25,897 nt of DNA from an uncultured Candidatus Saccharimonas sp. (GCA_964362185.1 CAYIDS010000001.1:1-25897), one strand, 5' to 3'; shown: positions 9,237-18,889, counted from the stretch's first letter. Notes: generated by a model from the letters alone, not told the origin. Numbers and translations: made by a program.

Positions 9237-9300
9237 GGACTAGGACTCGAACCTAGATTGTCCGCCTCAGGCGGATGTCCTACCGCTTAACAATCACTCC
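9229..9300 (-). pseudogene. tRNA-Gln-like remnant
   Basis: Minus strand reads GTTAAGCGGTAGGAC-A-TCCGC-ctgag-GCGGA-CAAT-CTAGG-TTCGAGT-CCTAG-TCCCGAA-G-CCA. T-arm and 3' CCA are intact, the anticodon loop is only 5 nt, and the 5' acceptor strand does not pair. The Gln assignment is inferred from discriminator G and context. Confidence 0.7.
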
Positions 9301-9344
9301 TGGCTGGGGGCACGGAATGATTATAGAACTGTCCAGAGGTCAAA

Positions 9345-9527
9345 ATGACTTTTCTATCGTCAATTCAAATCCCTGAAGAAAAATACCTAGAACTCAAAGC
9401 TATTCTAGAAAACGAACACGGTAAAGATTTTGACATGGAAGATGTAATAGAAATAGCTGATGATCTCGTTGAGCTATATTTACTACTGTATTTTTCACAA
9501 AAGAGAGCCGTTGAGGAGAAAGATTAA
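9345..9527 (+). CDS. Small acidic helical hypothetical protein (60 aa)
   Basis: Clean ORF with biased acidic/amphipathic composition (ELKAILENEHGKDF..EDVIEIADDLVELY), first gene inside the putative island end. Confidence 0.6.
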   Translation: MTFLSSIQIPEEKYLELKAILENEHGKDFDMEDVIEIADDLVELYLLLYFSQKRAVEEKD

Positions 9528-9531
9528 ATAG

Positions 9532-10692
9532 TTATCTACCTATTCCAAAAATGTAAGCACCAACCAGAAGAACAATTAAACCAGCAATAATTTCCATGAT
9601 CCACTGTAACCATATATGGTCGTCCGTCTGATTAGTAAAATTCTTGATGTGGGTTTTTTGTTTATTGCGAATTTTACCAGTGTTAGTCCCTACTGAAGTC
9701 CCAATAGGACCGTAATAGTTATTGATATGTTGTACAGACTGCTGTTCTGACTTTGTGATTTTTGGATCCCACTTGCTAGAAGGGTTAATTGGTTCTTTTT
9801 CCGGAATGCTTTTCATTTCCTCATCACCTATAATCTCTACCTGATCTTGTCGTCTCAACATAGCTGCGAGCGTTGCTTCATCCGGCACGTGTCTACGATG
9901 TGAGTCGGGCCATGTAAAAACCATAAAAACAGCATCATGATTCTTTTTAGTACGCACAAGTCTTGTACTTGGCGATTTTACGCTTTGTATATTCTCACCA
10001 TCCTCTAGTTCACCCAGCCTTTTGTCCGTTAACTGAACAAACGCACCTCCCTCCAAACCAAGGGCGTTTTTTGTTTCTGAGTCAGGTATGTAATGTTTAA
10101 CATTTGCTTTAACAATATACTTGCGACCGGTGGTGGATTTTACGAGTCGTAAAGATCCACTTGGCTTTTTTTCAGACCGCTTGATGGGTATATTTTTAAC
10201 AAGTTTTTTATCAATGTCTGCGTCAGCAAAGTATGCCGTACTGAAATCCTCAATTATTAGCTTACGCCTTGGAACATTTTGGAAAACTTCGTTATCTAGA
10301 ACTTTACGTATATTCTCTAGTTGCTCCTCTTCAGACTCCAGTTGCTCTGGAGCTAATGCTGTTTGTTTTTTCCTAACATATATTTGATTAAGAAGGGCGC
10401 GGTACTTGTTTATTGCAGAGTTGAGAAGTTTGTAGGTTTCACCATCGACAGTCATTCTCTTCATGCTTACGCCATCACTATTCCTAGCCTCTAATAACCT
10501 ATTGATTACTCTTTGAGTGTATTCGATCTCGGTATTTATTTGCTTTGTCCCCGCGTCAGAAATGTTTTTGAGCAGACTTGTATACATGTTCAAAGAAGCT
10601 ATGAAAACGTCGTAAGACGATACATACCAACTTGTACTGTATGGTGCGGTATCAGTAAGATTCTTTAGTTTATTTTTTTCAGCTTCATTCAT
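9532..10692 (-). CDS. Hypothetical protein with two internal repeats and a C-terminal TM anchor
   Basis: Repeats KYIV..NVKHYIPDSETKNALG and VFMV....HRRHVPDEATLAAM; C-terminal WLQWIMEIIAGLIVLLVGAYIFG. ATG 10692 is preferred over 10719. Confidence 0.8.
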   Translation of the reverse strand: MNEAEKNKLKNLTDTAPYSTSWYVSSYDVFIASLNMYTSLLKNISDAGTKQINTEIEYTQRVINRLLEARNSDGVSMKRMTVDGETYKLLNSAINKYRALLNQIYVRKKQTALAPEQLESEEEQLENIRKVLDNEVFQNVPRRKLIIEDFSTAYFADADIDKKLVKNIPIKRSEKKPSGSLRLVKSTTGRKYIVKANVKHYIPDSETKNALGLEGGAFVQLTDKRLGELEDGENIQSVKSPSTRLVRTKKNHDAVFMVFTWPDSHRRHVPDEATLAAMLRRQDQVEIIGDEEMKSIPEKEPINPSSKWDPKITKSEQQSVQHINNYYGPIGTSVGTNTGKIRNKQKTHIKNFTNQTDDHIWLQWIMEIIAGLIVLLVGAYIFGIGR

Positions 10693-10789
10693 GTTTAAAT
10701 ATGCAACAGACCCAAACACCTTTCAGTTATATTATACAATTCTTTTTTCAGATGTTTATTGGAATTGGCAAGTATGAGGAGGGGTTACA

Positions 10790-11653
10790 CTAGGACTTTA
10801 TAAGAATACCCGCAATAACAGCCATCACCCCGGCTGTTATTTTACGAGGCAGGCGATCAGTCTCTTTCAAGAGAAGAACACCTAATAGCACAGATAGAAT
10901 AACTTGTGCGGTGAGTAACACCACAACTACACCTCGATCTGGGGCGTTGCGATAAGCAAAGTATGAGAAGACGAAGTACCCTGTACTGCACGCCGAAGCA
11001 AACAAAGTCGCTTTAGCTACGGTAGTTTTTTGCTTAATAAGCGTCTTTATGTCTTCTCGAACCCGTTTGATGTAAGCCAACCACACAATTAGTGTAGCTC
11101 CTCCGAAACTAAGCAGCAGGTATGTACCGGCTGGCATTGTCTTAGCTAGTTCAGCACTACTCACCTGGAAGACAGCAAAGAGTAAAGCAGAGGCCAGTAT
11201 GTAGAGTACTGCTGGCTCAATCCTCTTTACGCCCTTCTTGTATTGAACTAGTAGTATCGCTAGGAACAGTACCACAATACCTATGAGCTGCTTGAATGAA
11301 AAACTGCTGTCTAGAAATAGCACCGATAGGAGTGTGCCCCATAGCAGTAGTGACGAAAAAGCAACAGCTGCAACGCTTGCCTCAAGATTAGCTAGCCCCT
11401 TGAAGAACAAGATATTGCCCCCAGCTTGAGACACAATCATGATTAGCGTAATAAGCCATAGTCCCGAAAGCCCACTAAAAGATATTCCGCCAACAAACGG
11501 GCTTATAAGCAGTGATAATACGGTGGCCCCTCCAGTGAAAAGTACCGCTTGTGTCATCGGGCTAACTTTTGCTCGATTACTCAGTACCTTAACTGCAACA
11601 CTCATAAGTGACCTTGAGCAGATAGCCAAAATTGTTAAAAGTAGCCAATTCAT
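10790..11653 (-). CDS. EamA/DMT family transporter
   Basis: About 10 TM helices in two repeats, with motifs FFKGLANLEAS and LGVLLLKE. Confidence 0.9.
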   Translation of the reverse strand: MNWLLLTILAICSRSLMSVAVKVLSNRAKVSPMTQAVLFTGGATVLSLLISPFVGGISFSGLSGLWLITLIMIVSQAGGNILFFKGLANLEASVAAVAFSSLLLWGTLLSVLFLDSSFSFKQLIGIVVLFLAILLVQYKKGVKRIEPAVLYILASALLFAVFQVSSAELAKTMPAGTYLLLSFGGATLIVWLAYIKRVREDIKTLIKQKTTVAKATLFASACSTGYFVFSYFAYRNAPDRGVVVVLLTAQVILSVLLGVLLLKETDRLPRKITAGVMAVIAGILIKS

Positions 11654-11924
11654 TAAGTTAACTATAGCAAAAGCAATGCTAGATAAGTATCTGCAGCAAA
11701 GATATTACAAAACGTTGTTGTAATTCTTGATGATGGGGATAAGGGACAACCAAACTGGGGTGGAAACGGCAGCTTTTAGATTAACCAAACTTATTACAGG
11801 GGTAGAAATTTCCAAATCTATGGCTGGGTATAAGGGACGATTTTCGAACCTTACTTTCTTGAGAGTAGCTGTCTACTTTAGTTAAAAATTGCAACCAAAA
11901 GTAGTTTATTATATAATAAGTCAT

Positions 11925-12803
11925 ATGTTGATTGAAAGACAGCGCTATAGCCCAAACGGTGCCGTAAGTGCAGTCACATTTGATGAAATTAAGACATTGC
12001 AAGCTCAAGCAGCTGATGCGTACATAGACTTTGTTCGTGAGTCTGGAGGATTAACGGGAGCGGAGTACGTAGCACATGTTATTGTCGCTAGCGAAGTAGA
12101 CAGTGATCTGCAGCCATATCTTGGTGGCGATCTAACTGATGAGTGCTTGGTAGAAGAAAGCACAAGGGATTCTTCTAATCTCACCACTGTGTTTAACTTA
12201 GCAACTCAAGTTGGTGTTCAGCGAGATGATCATGGACCAAATCAAGCTTTAGATTACTATGAGCTTGATGAAAGTTACTCGAGGTTATTTGGGTTCAACT
12301 TAATAGGAGAGGTTTTTGAAGCAGGTACCTATCCCGAGTTATCTCTGCTAGCAAGCACAAAAGGGCTGGAGTTAATAGACCCGGCAGATCTGCCAGCACG
12401 AATTATGACCCCAGAAGAACATAAAAGAGCGCGAGCAACAGCACATCTAAGTCAGTTCACGTTAGCGCAACTTGGGCAGGTAATATACCTATACGATCGA
12501 GTAGCGTATCCTGATCGGGACCATAGGCCACGTTCACTAAGCGATATTGAGCAATTCTATCGAGCATTAGAGCAAGGAGAAATGCTAGGATTACGAACCG
12601 GAACAAAGTACCTTGATTGTGCCAAGCACATACTTGCTGCCGATACTCGTACCGATGAGCTACAAACTCGAATGTATCTTAACTATGACATTCATGTAGG
12701 TCCAGTGAATTTGCACTTTAGGGAAGACATTGATATGGCAGTAGAATTTGGCGAAAAAGCAGCAAATTATTTTAGTGAAGCGGGCATACTAGTAGCTTCT
12801 TAG
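11925..12803 (+). CDS. Hypothetical protein
   Basis: Long open frame with no family recognised. ATG 11925 lies 7 nt after TATAAT. Confidence 0.75.
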   Translation: MLIERQRYSPNGAVSAVTFDEIKTLQAQAADAYIDFVRESGGLTGAEYVAHVIVASEVDSDLQPYLGGDLTDECLVEESTRDSSNLTTVFNLATQVGVQRDDHGPNQALDYYELDESYSRLFGFNLIGEVFEAGTYPELSLLASTKGLELIDPADLPARIMTPEEHKRARATAHLSQFTLAQLGQVIYLYDRVAYPDRDHRPRSLSDIEQFYRALEQGEMLGLRTGTKYLDCAKHILAADTRTDELQTRMYLNYDIHVGPVNLHFREDIDMAVEFGEKAANYFSEAGILVAS

Positions 12804-12887
12804 AACCTAGGTTATTTTCGACACTTTTTATAATCAAATGATATTTGTTAATTAAAACAAAAACACCCTACCAAGCCTACGTTTAGT

Positions 12888-13379
12888 CTAGTTATCTTCT
12901 CTTATTTTTACCGCTTCTTCAATCCAATCCGCTATATTTTCAGATATAGTTTTATATACATCCTGGCTAGTTGTACCAGCTGGATTATAAAGTTTGACCG
13001 TCTTGTCCATGTTTTCGTCACCTATAGTGAGCGTACTAAATGGGTTGTCTCCAAAAGAAGACTTTTGACTGTCCTTATTAAGTAGATTATGTATTCTAAT
13101 CCCCACAACGCCCTTATTGCTATTCCAAGCCTTGATTATTTCATAGTTAATCCATTTTCTACCTGCAGTATCCGATCCAACAAGAACAACTGCACAAGAT
13201 CTTCCAGAAAATTGGTCGTTGATCCACTTCTCTATAGCACTATCGCCACCCTTTTTTACATCTTCCCATGTATTATCACTAGCTGGTTGGTTGCCCTCTA
13301 TCTTACCAATGCTACGGACTGTCGCTGCGCGCCAACTGTCTACGTCGTAGTGAAAACTGAAAAATACTTTCCTTGCCAT
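12888..13379 (-). CDS. TIR-domain protein (MTH538/DUF1863, Thoeris ThsB-like)
   Basis: RKVFFSFHY..D.WRA..VR, AIEKWINDQ, CAVVLVG..TAGRKWINYEI with the catalytic Glu, and KGVVGIRIHNL. GGAG SD upstream. Confidence 0.9.
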   Translation of the reverse strand: MARKVFFSFHYDVDSWRAATVRSIGKIEGNQPASDNTWEDVKKGGDSAIEKWINDQFSGRSCAVVLVGSDTAGRKWINYEIIKAWNSNKGVVGIRIHNLLNKDSQKSSFGDNPFSTLTIGDENMDKTVKLYNPAGTTSQDVYKTISENIADWIEEAVKIREDN

Positions 13380-13392
13380 AATTTAATCTCCT

Positions 13393-13800
13393 TTATTTAA
13401 TTACCAAAAAATAAGTTGTTAACATTAATACCATCAAAATTGGCCCATAAAACCACATCAAAGTAGTTGAAAAAATTGTTTTTGACCACGAACTAACCCC
13501 ATTAACAACAGAAGTATTTAACGAAAAAGAAATATCCTTCTCTTGGGTCTTCCGAACTTTGTCGTATAATCCACGAAACAGTCTCTCTTGGTGGAGGTAG
13601 TATGCGTCTAATACCCAGAAACTAATAACGGGTAAATAAGCTATTAGTATATATTTTTTTGTACTACTAACCGACACCGCAAAAAGGGCTGCAACAAGAG
13701 TTACACCCCATGCTTTTAAAAGAAAGGAATTAGCCGCCATCCTCACTATTGTTAGTTGTATGAACTCTAAGTGTTTTATTTTATTGTCAATTTTACCCAT
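13393..13800 (-). CDS. 3-TM membrane protein (candidate effector)
   Basis: HLEFIQ..IVRMAANSFLLKAW, FWVLDAYYLHQERLFRGLY, three hydrophobic segments. ATG directly follows the TAA of the upstream gene. Confidence 0.85.
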   Translation of the reverse strand: MGKIDNKIKHLEFIQLTIVRMAANSFLLKAWGVTLVAALFAVSVSSTKKYILIAYLPVISFWVLDAYYLHQERLFRGLYDKVRKTQEKDISFSLNTSVVNGVSSWSKTIFSTTLMWFYGPILMVLMLTTYFLVIK

Positions 13801-14085
13801 TTAGCACTCCGGCAGACTTAATAAGTTATTAGACCATTTGTTATCGGCTGCAGTTTGCAGAAACTTTGTCCCATACGAGCTTGTATTGACATAGCAATAG
13901 GCTTTGCCAGCAGGGCTAACTACATAAGCTTGGCCCCCACCTTCGATCCAGCTCACCATTTCTTGACGAGCCCCAATGCCGGTCTCGTTAGTCTGTTCAT
14001 CCACCCAGCGATAATGTGTAACTGCTTCATGCTGGTTCGCATGGTTACCATTATCTTTTCTTACTCCCGTAATACGAACTGCCAT
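13801..14085 (-). CDS. DUF3892-family protein
   Basis: RITGVRK, FLQTAAD..WSNNLLSLPEC, the C-terminus I recall for DUF3892. AGGAGG SD upstream. Confidence 0.8.
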   Translation of the reverse strand: MAVRITGVRKDNGNHANQHEAVTHYRWVDEQTNETGIGARQEMVSWIEGGGQAYVVSPAGKAYCYVNTSSYGTKFLQTAADNKWSNNLLSLPEC

Positions 14086-14340
14086 GTCTAGTTACCTCCT
14101 GACAGATTAAAATGATTATTTTATTTCAATCTTTGTTTTAGCAAGAGGTGACTTTTCCACAAGTAATGCATTTTTTGTTCTTGCTTGTAAAGCATAAGCG
14201 GTTTACTATGTTAGTGAAGCGCTTCAACGCGTTACTTGTAGTTATTTAGCTCAAGTATCTTAAATGATAACAAAAATGCTAACGCTTGTCAAGTGTAATC
14301 TGCTTTTTTGCTCGTTTTATCTCAATAAACATGATATTAT

Positions 14341-17300
14341 ATGCTTTTTGGTGGGCAGAAAGCTTGGTATAGATTGTCAGAAGCAGAACAGGCTGAAGGA
14401 TTAATAGAGCCCTTTGCTGGAGCTATAAGCCCAGTTGCCCTTTTTACGGAGGGCGATGTTGCTAACATATATTTCAATGAACGATCTAGGTTTTCGCCTT
14501 CAGATAAGGCGCTAGATAGTAATCTAACTCCTGTTGGCGTAGGTAACCACTTTGAACTTTGGCAAGTCCTGACTACTCCAGCTGCTGATGCTGAAGGAAT
14601 CTTAGGCCGACAAGAGATAATTACTTGGCTGATAGATAACCCCGATACAAGCGCAGAGCTAGGCGGATTAAGTTTCGGCGCCGCAAGACTTAAAGACGAT
14701 TTAACCAACTTTGTTAACGCCAGATATGAAGCAGTACATGGTGAGATAGAGGATGACAGCCGTTCCGCTAGGCGGCATCGTGGAGAACAACGAGAAAAGG
14801 TTGATCCCGAGGTCGCCAAACAAACCTATACTGATACTTTGGCGACTTCTAGGGCGTTGGCCGATCAATTAACTACCTGTGAAGAGCCTTTCTTGCAGGC
14901 TTGTGGCTCTAGCTTAAAAGCTGTCTTGGAACAAGCAGGCCCAGAGTTGGAGCCCAATAACGTTGACCAACGAGTTATTACTAACAAATTCGAGCCCTTT
15001 GATCCAGTAGTCAAGAAAGCAACCGCTACAGTTACTCAACAAGCTAAAGAAACCAGTGCCTTTCCAGTCTTTGCATCTCACGCCCAAAGAGAAGGCTTTG
15101 TGAAAGTTGGACTGACCGATGATGCCAGTGCTCAAACACTTGGCGGTATGTGGAATCTCAAATTCGAACGGACTAAGCGGAACTGGGGAGGAGATGAAGA
15201 ACCAGCTCAAGTTGCTAACGACACCCCTATATCCCGACCGACTGTTTTACTTACTGGCAATAACGCTTCTGGCAAAACCTTTCATCAAGAAGCTCGATTG
15301 TTTGCCCAATTAAGCGCCCAATCTTTTGGCTATGCACCGGCTGAGACGGCAGTTATACGACCCGTTCGTAACATTGCTGTTCTAGAGCGAGCCCGAACGG
15401 ACGCCGCAAATGAACTCAGTGCTTTTGGTTCTGAGGTTAAGACCTTAGCTCGTGCCTTAGCTACTGTAGAAGAATTTGGTGAAGATACGCTGGTTATTAG
15501 TGACGAAGGTTTTTCTACTACCTCACCAGAGGACCAGGCTACGTTACTTTCAGCTACTCATGCATGGCTAAGGAAAAACGGCGCAGCCATTTTAGCAGCT
15601 ACTCATAACGAAGACTATGTAGATTTAGTTGAGCAACAAGACCCAGACGCTTTATTCCATTTCCCATACGATAGTCAAACAGACCGTTATTCTCATGAAG
15701 TGACCTTGGTGCCAACCTTTCGTTTAGAAGCTGGTAAAGACGATGCTCACGCTATCGAAGTTGCTAAACGATATGGGCTTAATCAAGACATACTTGATCG
15801 AGCAGGTCAGTACCTAGAAGGTGGCATAGAACCGGTTGAATTGCCCAATAGGCGCTGGAATCGTATAAAAGCAATGCATCCTGATACCAGGAGACAAAAG
15901 TTACAAGATAGTGCATCAACTCGAGCCTTATACCTGTTTGCTAATTATTCGATAGCCGACAAAGTGGAGATTAGAACCTTCGACTTTGACTCAACAGAGA
16001 CCCGCACCGTGGTAAGAAGTTTTATTGATGACTCTCGCCACGATACGGATGGGTTACGTAGTGCAGTAAGACAAAAAACTATGGCTAGCGATATACGAAC
16101 CCGGGATCCTATATACATATATAGCGGCAATACCTATGGTTCTGGTCAGATATATGCATACGACAGGACTGTTACCAATTTCACCCTTGGCGGAGAAAGG
16201 TCGCAAGGCAATCAGTTTATTGATGAGTTCTTAGTTACTGGTGCCGTTTTTAATCCTGAAGAAATAGCCGAACGCCAGCAACTCTTTACTGAGCTTATTG
16301 ACCCCGAAAAAAGAGCTAAGGTAGAAGAAGCTTTACTTGAACTTACTCATGTATATCACTGGGCAACGGCTGAGCATGGCGACTACGGATGGCATGAGGG
16401 AGACTTCATCTCAGAAGTATTAGTTGAATTTTTAGATAATGTAGCCGAATCTGGCTCTCGAAGTCCCCTCGCCATAAGGGTAGCTGCTAGTTTGGCACGT
16501 TGGCAGGCTGAAGAAAGGGGCGACGACAGTCTTTTAGCTAGCGCAATACAACTAGGGGCCATCGCTGATGGTCAAGAAGCTCGACGTTTAGAGCATGATG
16601 CTCTAAGAGACCAAGATGATAGCTCCGAACGCTTATCAGGGCTTGAGCGTCAGAGGAGAGTAATAGATGGCAATAATATTACTATCGCTCTTGCAATATC
16701 ACTTGGCCTTGAAGGTTTTGAGTTAATTGAACTAGATGCTGAGCTTGAACTTGAGCAGTTTATAGAAACCTACCATCTTGTAGACGCTGCACAGAACGCC
16801 ATTAATTTGCATATGCAGACGCTTGTTGGCCAACTAAAAGATAATTTTGAAGGTCGTGAACAAGCTATCGATGAGATAGATTTTGAAGCCCTATCTCACC
16901 ATAGTTCGGAACTGAGAGAGCGTATCCTTGCTCTTCAAGCAGAAACTGGTATAGGATCTTTTTCTTTTATGCATTTGCCGAATCGTCTTAAACAATTGAT
17001 TTTCTTTGCCGATAAAGAACCTCGGGCACAACGAGCAGTTGAGGCGCTTCGCTCAATTGACTCTGTACATATGCATAATCTCGCTAATCACTTTGAGGGT
17101 TTATTGGCGGCACAAATGGAAGGCCAACCAACGGGCTACGACTGTGGCGTGCTACTCAAAGAACGTCTACGAAAAATGAAAGAGTCACGCGAAAGACTGT
17201 GGAGTCATGACGAAAACCAATATCTATTTAGTGGCCTTAACTATAACCACACTTTGACAGGTGAGCTATTTAGAGCTCGATCAATTGTTGATCTGGCTGA

Positions 17301-17994
17301 GGCTATGGACACACAGCGATACACTCCGGTTCACTTTAATGACACTGGAGCTATAAACGTTGTTGGGGCACGTAATATCAACAAAGGTGTTGATGACCAG
17401 GAAGCTAACGACTTTGTGCTAAACCCCAAAGGTCAGCTCCATATCCTGACCGGTGCCAATATGAGTGGCAAGACTTTTCACTTAAAACAGATATTATTTA
17501 ATCAGCTGATGGCACAGTCGACTGGATATACTGCCGCTGTGAGTAGTGACGTACCGCTATTTAGTAAGATTATCTACTATGATAGGCCAGCCAATGAAGA
17601 AGGTCGGGATTTAAGTGCTTTTGCAACGGAAGTTACCCAGTGGAATAGGATGTTGAAAGAGCTTGAGGGTAAGAAACGGGCATTGGTTATAATCGATGAA
17701 CCCTTCTCGTCTACTTCGCCCAGGTATCAAGCTGCTCTAACTTTTGCACTAGTCGAACATCTCATGACTAAAGGCCACACTGTTGTTATGGCCACTCATC
17801 ATCACCAGCTAGCCGACAAATTAAAGGATATGTACGGTGAGGCTACTGATTTAGCTCATTTTGAGATAAATAAAGAAGGGGACGAGGTTACTTTCTCTCA
17901 TAAGAAGCAAGAAGGCCACGCTCCCTCTGATGCTATAGCTGTTGCTCGTTCTTTGGGCGGGTCTATTATGCGGCGAGTTCTGGAAGGGCTATGA
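14341..17994 (+). CDS. Tandem double MutS-family ATPase (1217 aa)
   Basis: Two complete MutS-V motif sets: GNNASGKT / LSAFGSE / SDEGFSTTS / ATH / AIEVAKRYG and GANMSGKT / LSAFATE / IDEPFSSTS / ATH / AIAVARSLG. Each set is preceded by a lever-like I..RQ motif. No mismatch-recognition or Smr domain seen. Confidence 0.85.
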   Translation: MLFGGQKAWYRLSEAEQAEGLIEPFAGAISPVALFTEGDVANIYFNERSRFSPSDKALDSNLTPVGVGNHFELWQVLTTPAADAEGILGRQEIITWLIDNPDTSAELGGLSFGAARLKDDLTNFVNARYEAVHGEIEDDSRSARRHRGEQREKVDPEVAKQTYTDTLATSRALADQLTTCEEPFLQACGSSLKAVLEQAGPELEPNNVDQRVITNKFEPFDPVVKKATATVTQQAKETSAFPVFASHAQREGFVKVGLTDDASAQTLGGMWNLKFERTKRNWGGDEEPAQVANDTPISRPTVLLTGNNASGKTFHQEARLFAQLSAQSFGYAPAETAVIRPVRNIAVLERARTDAANELSAFGSEVKTLARALATVEEFGEDTLVISDEGFSTTSPEDQATLLSATHAWLRKNGAAILAATHNEDYVDLVEQQDPDALFHFPYDSQTDRYSHEVTLVPTFRLEAGKDDAHAIEVAKRYGLNQDILDRAGQYLEGGIEPVELPNRRWNRIKAMHPDTRRQKLQDSASTRALYLFANYSIADKVEIRTFDFDSTETRTVVRSFIDDSRHDTDGLRSAVRQKTMASDIRTRDPIYIYSGNTYGSGQIYAYDRTVTNFTLGGERSQGNQFIDEFLVTGAVFNPEEIAERQQLFTELIDPEKRAKVEEALLELTHVYHWATAEHGDYGWHEGDFISEVLVEFLDNVAESGSRSPLAIRVAASLARWQAEERGDDSLLASAIQLGAIADGQEARRLEHDALRDQDDSSERLSGLERQRRVIDGNNITIALAISLGLEGFELIELDAELELEQFIETYHLVDAAQNAINLHMQTLVGQLKDNFEGREQAIDEIDFEALSHHSSELRERILALQAETGIGSFSFMHLPNRLKQLIFFADKEPRAQRAVEALRSIDSVHMHNLANHFEGLLAAQMEGQPTGYDCGVLLKERLRKMKESRERLWSHDENQYLFSGLNYNHTLTGELFRARSIVDLAEAMDTQRYTPVHFNDTGAINVVGARNINKGVDDQEANDFVLNPKGQLHILTGANMSGKTFHLKQILFNQLMAQSTGYTAAVSSDVPLFSKIIYYDRPANEEGRDLSAFATEVTQWNRMLKELEGKKRALVIIDEPFSSTSPRYQAALTFALVEHLMTKGHTVVMATHHHQLADKLKDMYGEATDLAHFEINKEGDEVTFSHKKQEGHAPSDAIAVARSLGGSIMRRVLEGL

Positions 17995-18455
17995 GCGCAA
18001 GTAGAGAGCCTTTAGATGAAGCTGCAGGCATCGGAAATAGGTTAGTTGTAAACACTCCGGTTTTTCATCAAGGTGAGATCGTCCCATCACATATATTGCT
18101 GACTGCTCAGATGATTGATCATATTACCGATAAAGCACTAGCAGGTATTGACGATTACGTTGGGAATGATACAAAAGCGGCAGCCGCAGAGGCCTGGCTT
18201 GGACGATTTGCAACTGATGAATTATACGAGCATGGATTTGAGGTTGGAGGGTGGACAGCAAATTTTAATATGAAAATTTCTAATTCAGACGCAATTGATC
18301 CGGCAAGGTCTTTGCCATTTTTGGCACAGATAGATATGAATTCTTTTGAGCTTAGTACTGTTGAAGCTAGCCCCGAAATTGTTGAAGTGGAAAACGACTT
18401 TACGCCTCGAGCGGTGGTTTTTATGTTAGAAAAAGGTATCATCAGCTTAACTTAA
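17991..18455 (+). CDS. Hypothetical protein coupled to the double MutS gene
   Basis: ATGA overlap with the upstream stop. No family recognised. Confidence 0.7.
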   Translation: MSASREPLDEAAGIGNRLVVNTPVFHQGEIVPSHILLTAQMIDHITDKALAGIDDYVGNDTKAAAAEAWLGRFATDELYEHGFEVGGWTANFNMKISNSDAIDPARSLPFLAQIDMNSFELSTVEASPEIVEVENDFTPRAVVFMLEKGIISLT

Positions 18456-18633
18456 CGTATATACGTAACTACGAGTATTGATAAATCACAGCAAAGGAAA
18501 TACAGAGCTTCATAGATAAGAAACTTATTCTGAATTTTTTTACTCGTTATATATTGATAACCTATATAGATCATCAGTAATAGTGTTCAAAGAAGACGTA
18601 CTTCTTTAGGTGTTATTCTGTGCAAAATAGATC

Positions 18634-18695
18634 TGGCTGGGGGTGCAGGATTCGAACCTGCGAATGCCCGCCAGAGGCGGATGCCTTACCACTTG
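18634..18695 (-). pseudogene. tRNA-Gln-like 3' remnant
   Basis: Minus strand reads CAAGTGGTAAGGCA-TCCGC-ctctg-GCGGG-CATTC-GCAGG-TTCGAAT-CCTGC-ACCCCCA-G-CCA. It shares the D-loop and CATTC with the intact tRNA-Gln, has a 5-nt anticodon loop, and lacks the 5' end. Confidence 0.8.
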
Positions 18696-18706
18696 CATAA
18701 TTTCTC

Positions 18707-18889
18707 TTGGCTCATTTCTACAACGAAGCTCGAACCTATTTTGTTGAAAAAGCGTGATGACGAGCTCAGCCCCGCCGCCTGCTTGCGATTGTCGCAAGCC
18801 ACCCCGACAAGAAACCGCCTTTTAGTTTTTAGATATTCCCGCCAATTCCTTATTTTTCAAAGGAAAAGGTCGGTTTTCCTGTCGGTGCG
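18707..18889 (+). repeat. Left att arm (P'), inverted copy at 20694-20878
   Basis: 183 vs 185 bp, 5 substitutions and 2 indels by manual alignment, with the 85 bp next to the core identical. Contains the dyad GCTTGCGA-ttg-TCGCAAGC. Confidence 0.95.

Larger units (their letters stand above)
9301..18643. mobile_element. Putative older genomic island at the tRNA-Gln hotspot
   Basis: Direct repeat TGGCTGGGGG (antisense of a tRNA 3' end) at 9301-9310 and 18634-18643, accessory/defence-like cargo, and no recombinase inside. Only 10 bp of repeat support the boundaries. Confidence 0.45.

Noticed and set aside
9229-9300. Functional or suppressor tRNA (the loop contains CTGAG/TCA-like triplets)
   Set aside because: The acceptor stem does not pair and the anticodon loop is 5 nt. 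There are no selenocysteine tRNA features.
12888-14085. Canonical Thoeris call
   Set aside because: No ThsA (SIR2-SLOG or TM-Macro) is present in the window.
14341-17994. mutS (MutS1) or mutS2 gene symbol
   Set aside because: No mismatch-recognition domain and no Smr domain, and the architecture is duplicated.
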